From contig CBDBKJ010000004.1 of NCBI GenBank assembly GCA_965206705.1, forward strand, positions 417,810-481,809: DNA of 64,000 bases, read 5' to 3'. The notes below the pieces were generated by a model that saw only the letters and a list, made by a program, of their open reading frames with translations, had not been told where the DNA came from and ran no database searches. The DNA comes from Vicinamibacterales bacterium (GTDB taxonomy: Bacteria > Acidobacteriota > Vicinamibacteria > Vicinamibacterales > UBA8438). Position 1 is the first letter of the stretch; each line of letters opens with the position of its first letter. Shown piece after piece: positions 27,968 to 38,925 of this stretch. The position numbers and the translations under genes were made by a program.

Positions 27968-28043
27968 TGGCGTCCCCAACGGGATTCGAACCCGTGTCTC
28001 AGCCTTGAAAGGGCTGAATCCTAGGCCTCTGGACGATGGGGAC
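27968..28043 (-). tRNA. tRNA-Glu (anticodon UUC), CCA encoded
   Basis: The reverse complement is GTCCCCATCGTCCAGAGGCCTAGGATTCAGCCCTTTCAAGGCTGAGACACGGGTTCGAATCCCGTTGGGGACGCCA. It has a 7-bp acceptor stem, the anticodon loop CTTTCAA, and a GGTTCGAATCC T-arm. Confidence 0.92.
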
Positions 28044-28104
28044 GCGAAGGGAACGCACCGGGACACCGGGAGGGTCAGCCCCTCAGGGCATCAGGCAACA
28101 CTTC

Positions 28105-28133
28105 AGCATACGCCACTCGTTCTCCCTGCACAA
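28105..28133 (-). promoter_or_regulatory. candidate sigma70-type promoter for tRNA-Glu
   Basis: Minus strand TTGTGC-N17-TATGCT, about 60 nt upstream of the tRNA 5' end. Confidence 0.3.
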
Positions 28134-28225
28134 CGTCGGGGCGCGACGGGGGTGCACGTCAGGAAAGTGAGGGGATTCGTTCCGGGGTATAGGACAAGGC
28201 TTGATCGGCCGACATCTATCAGTAG

Positions 28226-28654
28226 ATGGACTGTCAGCACGAGGACCCGATCATGCCCGATGAACAGATTGCGGCGCTTGAACGGCAACACGCACACCTT
28301 CGCAGTCAATTCGCCTCCATCGGCGAGATGCGCTCCGGTTCGCTGGCCGAGCGCTTCCGACCATGCGGCAAGGCTGGGTGTCATTGCGCCAAGCCAGACG
28401 ACCCCGGGCACGGTCCGGTCCTGTCCCTGACACGCAAGCAGGCTGGCAAGACGGTCACACGCATCATCCCGGCCCAGGCCGGACCGGAGACGCAGGCGCG
28501 GCTCGCCGAGTATCGCCGCTTCCGGCAATTGTCGAAGATGTTCATCGAGGTCAACGATGCACTGAGCGAGGCGCGCCTGGCGACCGGCAGTGCAGCAAAA
28601 AAAACCGCAGACGGCGGTGACCGCCGAGTCGCTGGCGGCCGAAGCGGCACGTGA
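28226..28654 (+). CDS. IS ORF1: DUF6788-like zinc-ribbon N-terminal part of the ISKra4 transposase
   Basis: ..GSLAERFRPCGKAGCHCAKPDDPGHGPVLSLTRKQAGKTVTRII.. The frame is separated from ORF2 at the A8 tract 28597-28604. Confidence 0.7.
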   Translation: MDCQHEDPIMPDEQIAALERQHAHLRSQFASIGEMRSGSLAERFRPCGKAGCHCAKPDDPGHGPVLSLTRKQAGKTVTRIIPAQAGPETQARLAEYRRFRQLSKMFIEVNDALSEARLATGSAAKKTADGGDRRVAGGRSGT

Positions 28655-29960
28655 GGTCGAGCGGCTGCTGGGGGCCGACGCGGCGCAGACGCTGGGCGAC
28701 TTCGAGGCGGCCGAGACCGCGCTGCGCACTGCCGTCCTGGCGGTGGCGGCTCGTTTCGTTGCCGAGCGGCTCAACGCCGACCACAGTGACCAGCACGCCG
28801 CCGGCCTGCCCTGCGGGTGCGGACAAACGGCCCGCTACGCCGGCCGGCGTGCAAAGACGATCCGCACGGCCCTGGGCGCCATGACCCTGGAGCGGGCCTA
28901 CTACCATTGCGCGTCCTGCCGAACCGGGTTCTGTCCGCGTGACCGGACCCTGGGCATCGACGAGACGACGTTGTCGCCCGCGGCGACCCGCATGACGGCG
29001 GCGGCCGCCGCCCGAGTCAGCTTCAAAGAGGCCAGCACGCTGCTGGACGAACTGGCCGGACTCGCCATCGGCCCCAAGCAGGTCGAGCGGACCGCCGAAG
29101 CGCTGGGGCGCGTGATCGCAGCCGACGAACGCCAAGCCGTCGAGCCGGAGGCGCACCGCGTAAAACCTACCCTGTATCTCGGCGTGGACGGTACGGGCAT
29201 TCCCGTGCGCAAGGCCGAAACCGCGCAGCGCCAGGGCAAGCAGCCCGACGGTTCGGCCAAAACCCGCGAGGTCAAGCTCGCGGTCGCCTGGACGGCCGAA
29301 CGCCGTCACCCCAAGACCGGCATCCCGATGCGCGACCCGGACTCAGTCTCCTACACGGCCGCCATCGAGACGGCCGCCAGTCGCGATACCGACCGCGAAC
29401 CCTCCCCCTTCGCCCAGCGCGTCTGCCGCGAAGCCGAACGCCGCCGTTTCGCCGATGCCGACCGCAGGGTCATCCTCGGCGACGGCGCGCCCTGGATCTG
29501 GACCCTCGCCGACGAGTGTTTCCCCGATGCGATCCAGATCGTCGACATCTTCCACGCCAAAAGCCACCTCTGGGACGTCGCCAAGGCCATCTACACACCC
29601 GGGTCCGACCTCGCCGCGCAGTGGGCGAAGCAACGACGCGACGAACTCGATGCCGGTCGCATCAGCGCCATCGTCGCCGCCCTCGCCCACCACGCCCCAA
29701 CCTGCGACGAGGCCCGCAAATGCATCGCCTATCTCAGCCGCAACCGTAAGCGCATGCGCTATCCCGCGTTCCGGGCCAGGGGCCTGTGCGTCGCCACCGG
29801 CGTCGTCGAGGCTGGCTGCAAACATGCCGTCGGGGCGCGCCTCAAGCGCGCCGGCATGCACTGGTCCGTCAACGGCGCCAATGCCATCCTCGCCCTGCGC
29901 TGCTGCATCCTCAGCGGCCGCTTCGAAGGCTTCTGGGAACGACGAAACGCCGCCGCATAA
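28590..29960 (+). CDS. IS ORF2: ISKra4-family transposase catalytic part
   Basis: ..YYHCASCRTGFCPRDRTLGI.., ..LYLGVDGTGIP.., ..ILGDGAPWIW.., ..IVDIFHAKSHLW.. With A7 instead of A8, ORF1 and ORF2 fuse into one protein of about 577 aa. Confidence 0.8.
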   Translation: MQQKKPQTAVTAESLAAEAAREVERLLGADAAQTLGDFEAAETALRTAVLAVAARFVAERLNADHSDQHAAGLPCGCGQTARYAGRRAKTIRTALGAMTLERAYYHCASCRTGFCPRDRTLGIDETTLSPAATRMTAAAAARVSFKEASTLLDELAGLAIGPKQVERTAEALGRVIAADERQAVEPEAHRVKPTLYLGVDGTGIPVRKAETAQRQGKQPDGSAKTREVKLAVAWTAERRHPKTGIPMRDPDSVSYTAAIETAASRDTDREPSPFAQRVCREAERRRFADADRRVILGDGAPWIWTLADECFPDAIQIVDIFHAKSHLWDVAKAIYTPGSDLAAQWAKQRRDELDAGRISAIVAALAHHAPTCDEARKCIAYLSRNRKRMRYPAFRARGLCVATGVVEAGCKHAVGARLKRAGMHWSVNGANAILALRCCILSGRFEGFWERRNAAA

Positions 29961-30055
29961 CACCGCACTCACAAATCTGACGTGCACCCGCGCGACGGGC
30001 ACGCAGCTGCAGGACGTTCTGCACGAACAGGGCCGACGGATGGTTCAAGCAGGAG

Positions 30056-30391
30056 GTGAGCCACGGCTGGGCGTCCTGCGCCGTCACCCAGAATGGCTGC
30101 ATCCGTATCCTGAGCCAGCCGAGCTATCCCAGTCCCGTGTCGGTCGGAAGGGCGACCCGCCTTCTCGTCGCGGCGACATCGACCGCGCATCACGAGTTCT
30201 GGCGCGGCGCGGTCTCGATTCTCGACGAAGCACTCTTCGATCACTCGCGCATTCACGGTTCGAGACAGCTCGCCGACGTCTACCTGCTCGGCTTGGCGGT
30301 GCGCCCCGGCGGACGCCTCGTTACCTTCGATCAGACGATTGCGCTGGCCGCGGTACGGGGAGCGCGTCCCCACAACATCCTCGTCCTGTGA
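30056..30391 (+). pseudogene. PIN-domain (VapC-type) toxin gene lacking a recognizable N-terminal catalytic segment; lies immediately downstream of the IS
   Basis: GWASCAVTQNGCIRILSQPSYP..HEFW..SRQLADVYLLGLAVRPGGRLVTFDQTI matches the C-terminal two-thirds of a VapC subfamily. No LLD.NV-type N-terminus, start codon or antitoxin gene is found upstream. Confidence 0.55.
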
Positions 30392-30850
30392 GCCTGTCCG
30401 GTCGGGGCGCTTGCTACCCGTCGGGCGCGAGTCTTGGCGCGGCCCGGTGACCGCGCCGACTCCATCCGTGCTATGCAGCCGCTGGGGCCGGGCATGTCAA
30501 CTCGCGGTGTCTGCCCGGGATCTCCGGTTGACGGCGCAGAATCCGGGTTGTCGGGCCGGGACGTAGACCAGGGGTTGCGCCCCAGAGGCCTGGGACGTCT
30601 CACCCTTGTCGTCCCTGCGCATACGTCCGGCTGCAAGTTACTGAAAACGAGGAAGTTGACGGCGCCTTTTCGGTCGACGCGGGGCAGTGGCCGGTTTCTT
30701 GCTGTGTTCTCCGTGGCTCCGCCGCCACGCGGTGGCGTGCGTGCCCGACCTGGCCTTTGGGCCATCGCACCGGCGGCGGGGTCGCGAAACCGGTTACCGA
30801 GCCCAGAGGGGCTGGTGGCCACGAGTCCATTGCAGCAAAGGGAGAAAACG

Positions 30851-31186
30851 ATGCGACGAATTCTGTGGGGTGTGGCGATGGTGCTGGCGTTGTGCGCCGG
30901 CCAGACGGGCGCGGCCGGCGTGCAGGAGACGGCGGCCACCGGCGCGCAGGGCATGCAGTCGGAGCTGATCGACCTGAATGCCGCGACGTCCATGGAGCTC
31001 GAGACGCTGCCGGGCGTCGGGCCGCGCACCGCCGAGCGAATCCTGGAGTACCGGCGCGAGCACGGCGGCTTCGAGAGAATCGAGGATCTGATGGACGTGC
31101 GCGGCATCGGCGAGCGCACCTTCCTGAGGTTGCGGCCACTGGTCACCGTCACGGCCTCCGAGCCCGATGCCGGCGAACGTCCATAG
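30851..31186 (+). CDS. comEA: ComEA-family helix-hairpin-helix DNA-binding protein
   Basis: A signal peptide is followed by IDLNAATSMELETLPGVGPRTAERILEYRREHGGFERIEDLMDVRGIGERTF. Confidence 0.85.
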   Translation: MRRILWGVAMVLALCAGQTGAAGVQETAATGAQGMQSELIDLNAATSMELETLPGVGPRTAERILEYRREHGGFERIEDLMDVRGIGERTFLRLRPLVTVTASEPDAGERP

Positions 31187-31862
31187 CTCCCGCGTCCGGC
31201 GCGTCCTGGAGACCGGCCTCCGGGGCGCGCCGGCACGGCCGACGGGGCGTTCCGGACGGGTTCGTGCCGATCGGCCCGTTCGCGCCGCCGGCTTCTCGCT
31301 GGTCGAACTCAGTGTCGTGCTGTTGCTGCTCGGGGCCTCGGCAACGCTTGCGCTTCCCTCGATACGAACCGGACTGGACGGCATGCGCGGCGTTGCCGCC
31401 GCCCGGTATCTCGCGGCCCTGGCGCAGTCGACGCGGGTGCGGGCGGCGATGCAGTCGGTTCACGTCGGATTGCGGTTCGAACGGGACGGCGACGGTTATC
31501 GATACGCGGTGTACGCGGACGGGAATGGCAACGGCCTGCGCGCCCGGGACGTCCGGAGCGGGATAGATGCACCGTTGGCGGCTTTCGAACGCATCGGGGA
31601 TCGATTTCCGGGAGTCGCCATCGGCATCGCGGCGCGAGTGCCGGGGATATCGAACCGCGACGCTCTGCCGGCCGGTGCGGATCCGATTCGGTTCGGCGCC
31701 TCGGATACGTTGACGTTCTCTCCGTTGGGGACCGCGACGAGCGGCACCCTGTATCTGCACCATCGGTCGGGACGGCAGTTCGCGGTTCGCGTACTCGGCG
31801 CCACCGGGCGGACCCGGATCCTCGAGTTCAGAGAGGCCACCGCCTCGTGGGTGCCCCGGTGA
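31167..31862 (+). CDS. GspH/FimT-like pseudopilin (prepilin-type N-terminal cleavage/methylation domain)
   Basis: ..AAGFSLVELSVVLLLLGASATLALP.. has Glu at +5, followed by a GspH-like beta domain. The start codon is uncertain because of an unusually long leader. Confidence 0.7.
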   Translation: MPANVHSSRVRRVLETGLRGAPARPTGRSGRVRADRPVRAAGFSLVELSVVLLLLGASATLALPSIRTGLDGMRGVAAARYLAALAQSTRVRAAMQSVHVGLRFERDGDGYRYAVYADGNGNGLRARDVRSGIDAPLAAFERIGDRFPGVAIGIAARVPGISNRDALPAGADPIRFGASDTLTFSPLGTATSGTLYLHHRSGRQFAVRVLGATGRTRILEFREATASWVPR

Positions 31863-32182
31863 CGGGCGGGCGGACCGTCGAGCGCCGCCGCGCCGCTCGC
31901 CGGCCGGCGGCCGATCTCGCCTGGGTGCGGGCGGCGCGACTGCGGCCCGGTCACGGTGCGGTGCTGATCGACCTCTCGTCCGGAGGCGCGCTGGTCGAAA
32001 CGCCGACCCGTCTTCGGCCCGGCATGAAGACGGTGCTGCAGCTGACGGGTAGCGGCGGTGACCTGAAGGTATCCGGTGAGGTGGTGCGCGCCTGGGTGTC
32101 CGCCATCGTGCCCCATCGGGGCGTCCTCTATCGGGGAGCGATGCGGTTCGAGCGGCGGATGGACCTGCCGGGAAGCCCGTAG
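31847..32182 (+). CDS. PilZ domain protein
   Basis: An RRRAARR (RxxxR) motif and a DLSSGG (DxSxxG) motif are present in a protein of about 110 aa. Confidence 0.7.
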   Translation: MGAPVTGGRTVERRRAARRPAADLAWVRAARLRPGHGAVLIDLSSGGALVETPTRLRPGMKTVLQLTGSGGDLKVSGEVVRAWVSAIVPHRGVLYRGAMRFERRMDLPGSP

Positions 32183-32608
32183 AGGGCCGCACGGAGCTGC
32201 AGGGCCACGATTCTATCGGGACGATCTCCGCCCGGGACCGCCGCCCGCGGGGCGCCGGCGGAGCCGCCGCAGGCGCCATATCGCGAGCGCAACCCCGGCC
32301 AGCAACAGCAGTGTCGTCGGCGATCCGAGAATCGGCATCATGGATGGACGTCCCGGGCGTCGTCTCGATGTCCGGATTGTCTCACGCCCGGATGGATCGC
32401 ACGGGAAGGCGTCAAGCAACCCGGGCGGTAGGCGCGTCCGCGTCCCGGTGCAGGTGGCCGAATCTGCCGCCACGTGCAATCACGTTGGCATCGAGGTGTT
32501 ATTTTCATATGATCCGAACGTTTTCAGTGATGGAGCCCGATAGCCTTCCGTTCTACAAGCACCCCGGAGCCTTTGGGGGCAACTGCGTCGCGAATGCGGA
32601 TTTCAACC

Positions 32609-34060
32609 ATGGCTGACCTGTCGATGTCGTGTCCCGACCCCGTTGAGCACCACAGTGATTACCTCGAGCGCCGCCAGCGGTTCTCCGAGTTTCTCACCGT
32701 ACTCGAGTCCCGGACCACGGGAGGAACGAAGATCAGCGTCCTGGAAGCCGCGGTGGCGGCCGCGGTGGAGTGTCTGGTTCCGATTCGCGGCGCCCGACTG
32801 ACGACGGCCCCCGCTCCGCCGCTGGCCGCGCGCGAGGGGCCGGCCGTGTCGTCTCTGCGGTTCCCGGTGCCGGTTCCCTCGCGCGCGAATCTCGCCCTCG
32901 AGGTGAAGATCGATTCCAGCTTCACGCTCGATGCATGGGACCGGCAGGCGCTGCGCCAGGCGGCCCGGGTCGTCGGCCTGCTGATCGCGTCCCGGAACCA
33001 AGCGTCACCGCTCCCTCCGGGTCAGCCGCCCGATCCGGCCGAGCCGCTGATCGGAACGAGTGGTCCGATGCGCCGGTTGCGGTACGAAATCCAGCGTGTG
33101 GCGGTGACCGATTTCACGGTCCTGATCGAAGGAGAATGCGGTTCCGGCAAGGAACTGGTGGCGCGCCAGGTGCATGGCCTCAGTCGACGGCATGCGGGAC
33201 CCTTCGTCGCCGTGAATTGTGCCGCCCTGGTCGAGACGCTGCTCGAAGCCGAACTGTTCGGCATCGAAGACCGGGTCGCGACCGGGGTGCGAGCCCGCCG
33301 CGGCAAGTTCGAGCTGGCCGATCAGGGCACCCTGTTCCTCGACGAGGTCGCCGACCTGTCGCCGGCCGCCCAGGCCAAGCTGTTGCGGGCGATTCAGGAG
33401 CTGTCGGTGGAGCGGGTCGGCGGACACGAGGCACGAGCCGTGGACATCCGCATCGTCGTCGCCACGAACCAGCGGCTCCGCGGTCTGGCGCAGGCCGGGC
33501 GGTTTCGCACCGATCTCTACTATCGCCTGGCCGGCGTCGAGCTGAACGTGCCGCCGCTTCGACAGCGCCGCGAGGACATCATGGAGCTCGCCCACTATTT
33601 CCTGGGCCGGCATCATGGACTGCGCCGGCTGACCCTGTCGGAGAGCGCCGCCGATGCTCTGCGAACCCACGACTGGCCGGGCAACGTGCGGGAGCTGCAA
33701 CGGGTCGTCGAACGGGCCGTGGCCCTGGCGACCAGCGACGTCATCGGCCTGCCGGATCTGCCGGCCGAGCTGACCCGAGACCACGCAGCGGTGCTGCAGC
33801 CGTCGGTTGCCCGCGCCGAGTCGATGCGCGCGTGGGGGAGCCGCTATGCACGGCTGATGCTGGAGAAGTGCGGCCACAACAAGCGGCGTACCTGCGAGGT
33901 GCTGGGCATCAGCTACCATACGCTGCAGTCGTACCTGCGCCACCCGGTCTGCGCCACCGGCGAGCGCCAACGGGACCGGCCGCCCCGGGACGTCGAGGAC
34001 GGCGATGCGGGACCGGTCAAGGGCCGGGAGGAACCACGGCGGGATGACGGTACGTCTTGA
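32609..34060 (+). CDS. AAA+ enhancer-binding-protein-type transcriptional regulator (sensory N-domain, AAA+ domain, Fis-type HTH) with a degenerate GAFTGA loop
   Basis: Walker A GECGSGKE, ..TLFLDEV.., ..RIVVATN.., DLYYRL, WPGNVRELQ and a C-terminal HTH (RRTCEVLGISYHTLQSYL). The GAFTGA position reads ELFGIEDRVATGV. Confidence 0.8.
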   Translation: MADLSMSCPDPVEHHSDYLERRQRFSEFLTVLESRTTGGTKISVLEAAVAAAVECLVPIRGARLTTAPAPPLAAREGPAVSSLRFPVPVPSRANLALEVKIDSSFTLDAWDRQALRQAARVVGLLIASRNQASPLPPGQPPDPAEPLIGTSGPMRRLRYEIQRVAVTDFTVLIEGECGSGKELVARQVHGLSRRHAGPFVAVNCAALVETLLEAELFGIEDRVATGVRARRGKFELADQGTLFLDEVADLSPAAQAKLLRAIQELSVERVGGHEARAVDIRIVVATNQRLRGLAQAGRFRTDLYYRLAGVELNVPPLRQRREDIMELAHYFLGRHHGLRRLTLSESAADALRTHDWPGNVRELQRVVERAVALATSDVIGLPDLPAELTRDHAAVLQPSVARAESMRAWGSRYARLMLEKCGHNKRRTCEVLGISYHTLQSYLRHPVCATGERQRDRPPRDVEDGDAGPVKGREEPRRDDGTS

Positions 34061-34199
34061 CCCCTTGCAGGTCCCATAGTACGTTTACGCCGTTTTGCGG
34101 CGTCCTGGCGGCTGGTCGCGGCCACGCCCGCAGTCGGACCTCTCTCCGCGAGCCGGCGTTCCCGGCAGGGCTGCCCGCCACGGCCAACCTGATCGTGTC

Positions 34200-35315
34200 A
34201 TGACCGACGCTTCCGCTCCCACCCCGTTCAGGACGCCCCTGCATGGACGCCACGTCGCCATGGGCGCGAAGATGGTGCCGTTCGGGGGGTGGGAGATGCC
34301 CGTCCAGTACGCCGGCATCACCGAGGAGCATCTCGCGGTCCGGCGGGCGGCCGGGCTGTTCGACGTCAGCCACATGGGGGAGATAGAGGTGGCGGGGACG
34401 GACGCCCTCGCCGCCGTGCAGCGGATCTCGACCAACGACGCGAGCCGTCTTGAGATCGGTCAGGCCCAGTACTCGGCCCTCGCCACGCCGGACGGCACGT
34501 TCGTCGACGATCTGCTGGTGTACCGGCTGGCCGGTGACCACTTCCTGCTGGTGGTCAACGCCGCCAACATCGCCACCGGTTTCCGGTGGATTCGGGACGG
34601 CATCGCCGGGGTCGGCGACGCCGTGGCCGTCAACACCAGCTCGCGCTACGCCCTGCTCGCGGTGCAGGGGCCGCGGGCTCTCGACGTCGTGCAGTCGCTG
34701 ACCGACGTCGACCTCGCGGCCATCGGGTACTACCGGTTCGCCACCGGCGAGGTGGCGGGCATCCGGGCCACCATCTCCCGCACCGGTTACACTGGCGAGG
34801 ACGGGTTCGAGATCTTCGTGACCCCGCAGACGGCCGAGAGGCTCTGGACGACGCTTCTGTCGGCGGGCCAGCCGCACGGCCTGCAGCCCGCGGGGCTGGG
34901 CGCGCGCGACACGTTGCGTCTCGAGGCGGCCATGCGGCTCAGCGGCCAGGACATCGACGGGACGACGACGGTGCTCGAGGCCGGCCTCGGCTGGATCGTG
35001 GGGTGGGAGAAGCCCGACTTCATCGGGCGCAGCGCCTTGGTCCGGCAGCGGGAGGCCGGGGTCGATCGCAAGCTCGTCGGGTTCGAGATGGTCGGATCGG
35101 GCATCGCGCGCCACGGCTACGCGGTCCATGCCGGCGGCGAGCAGGTCGGCGTGGTGACCAGCGGCACCCGGACCCCGTTCATCGAGAAGGCGATCGGTCT
35201 GGCCTATGTGCCCGCGGCGGGGGCCGCGCCGGGGACCGAGTACGACGTGGACATTCGCGGGCGCCGGGTCGCGGCTCGGGTCGTGCCGCTGCCGTTCTAC
35301 AAGCGGCCGAGATGA
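34200..35315 (+). CDS. gcvT: glycine cleavage system aminomethyltransferase T
   Basis: TPLHGRHVAMGAKMVPFGGWEMPVQY..FDVSHMGEIEV.. Length is 371 aa. Confidence 0.93.
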   Translation: MTDASAPTPFRTPLHGRHVAMGAKMVPFGGWEMPVQYAGITEEHLAVRRAAGLFDVSHMGEIEVAGTDALAAVQRISTNDASRLEIGQAQYSALATPDGTFVDDLLVYRLAGDHFLLVVNAANIATGFRWIRDGIAGVGDAVAVNTSSRYALLAVQGPRALDVVQSLTDVDLAAIGYYRFATGEVAGIRATISRTGYTGEDGFEIFVTPQTAERLWTTLLSAGQPHGLQPAGLGARDTLRLEAAMRLSGQDIDGTTTVLEAGLGWIVGWEKPDFIGRSALVRQREAGVDRKLVGFEMVGSGIARHGYAVHAGGEQVGVVTSGTRTPFIEKAIGLAYVPAAGAAPGTEYDVDIRGRRVAARVVPLPFYKRPR

Positions 35316-35321
35316 GCAGCG

Positions 35322-35693
35322 ATGTATCCGAGTGACCGGCTCTACACGAAGGACCACGAGTGGATCGCGATCTCCGGGGCGACCGCCCGGGTCGGCATCA
35401 CCGATTACGCGCAGCGCCAGCTCGGTGACGTGGTGTTCGTCGATCTGCCCGAGGTCGGACAGCTCTTCGAGCAGGGAGCCCAGTTCGGGTCGATCGAGTC
35501 GGTCAAGGCGGTGTCGGATCTGTACTCCCCCCTGGCGGGACGCGTGACCGAGGTGAACGCGGCGCTCGCGACAGCCCCCGAGACGGTGAACGCGGACCCG
35601 CACGGAACCTGGATGATGGTGATCGAGCTGACGGACCCCGCCGCAACCACCGGACTCCTGGACTCGGCCGCCTATGCCGAGTTGGTGAAGTAG
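35322..35693 (+). CDS. gcvH: glycine cleavage system protein H
   Basis: YTKDHEWI..GITDYAQ..LGDVVFVDLP.., with the lipoyl-Lys context ESVKAVSDLYSP. Confidence 0.93.
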   Translation: MYPSDRLYTKDHEWIAISGATARVGITDYAQRQLGDVVFVDLPEVGQLFEQGAQFGSIESVKAVSDLYSPLAGRVTEVNAALATAPETVNADPHGTWMMVIELTDPAATTGLLDSAAYAELVK

Positions 35694-35704
35694 GCGGACG
35701 CCGC

Positions 35705-38578
<2,874 letters not shown>

Positions 38579-38745
38579 AGCTCCCGGGCTCCAAGGGGTC
38601 GGCTCGACACCGCGGGGCAGCGGCGGCGCGGCGCGGGTCACCCGGCGACGCAGGCCGCACGCGATGCCGGCGGCGGGGCCGGATCCGATCACCGCGCAGA
38701 ATCGGCCCGCCATGCGGGATCAGCCTGTCGTGCGGAATCGGGTCA

Positions 38746-38925
38746 GCGCGGCGGCATCAGCCCGCGGTGCGGGTCATGGCACCGGCCCGCTCGCGCAATC
38801 GCGCCAGCGGGCGTCCGGTCGCCGGCCGCATCCGACGGCGGCCGCGCGGCGGCATCAGCCCGCGGTGCGGGTCATGGCATCGGCCCGCTCTCGCAACCGC
38901 GCCAGCAGGCGTCCGGTCACCGGCC
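38746..38925. repeat. tandem duplication (period 98 bp) of the 3' end, including the stop codon, of the aminotransferase gene; a more decayed third piece lies at about 38716-38750
   Basis: 38746-38827 and 38844-38925 share about 82 nt with 5 mismatches. Both encode ..TGR(P/L)LARLRERA(G/D)AMTRTAG* on the minus strand (stops at 38757 and 38855). Confidence 0.85.

Larger units (their letters stand above)
28150..29989 (+). mobile_element. ISKra4-family insertion sequence with a 9-bp target-site duplication
   Basis: Terminal IRs gggtgcacgtcag(gaaagtgag) / (ctcacaaat)ctgacgtgcaccc. The direct repeat gcgcgacgg is at 28141-28149 and 29990-29998. Confidence 0.85.

Noticed and set aside
28044-30065. 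Reconstruction of an intact VapC gene by removing the ISKra4 element and one TSD copy.
   Set aside because: The joined frame stays open, but it encodes ..SFSLHNVGARRARSCRTFCTNRADGWF.., which lacks the catalytic Asp-containing LLD.NV segment and any start codon. It would also overlap the putative tRNA-Glu promoter. The IS is therefore probably not the sole cause of the truncation.
30392-30850. A 460-bp gene-free region upstream of comEA with several local hairpins (for example gacgtagaccagg...cctgggacgtc); possible ncRNA.
   Set aside because: No match to motifs I can recognize (RNase P, SRP, tmRNA, 6S, common riboswitches), and structure alone is not evidence in GC-rich DNA.
32213-32479. A small minus-strand ORF ending in a PEP-CTERM-like tail (..GSPTTLLLLAGVALAIWRLRRLRRR..).
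   Set aside because: It has no PEP motif, no signal peptide, no convincing RBS or start, and its composition is consistent with chance in GC-rich DNA.
32470-32500. TGGCAT-N5-TGTT, resembling a sigma54 -24/-12 promoter upstream of the EBP gene.
   Set aside because: The -12 GC dinucleotide is absent at the required spacing (GG-N10-GC is not satisfied).
34061-34199. A possible glycine riboswitch upstream of gcvT.
   Set aside because: I could not find the conserved glycine-aptamer cores (GGAGAG ... CACCGAAGGGGCAA-type elements) in the 140-nt leader.
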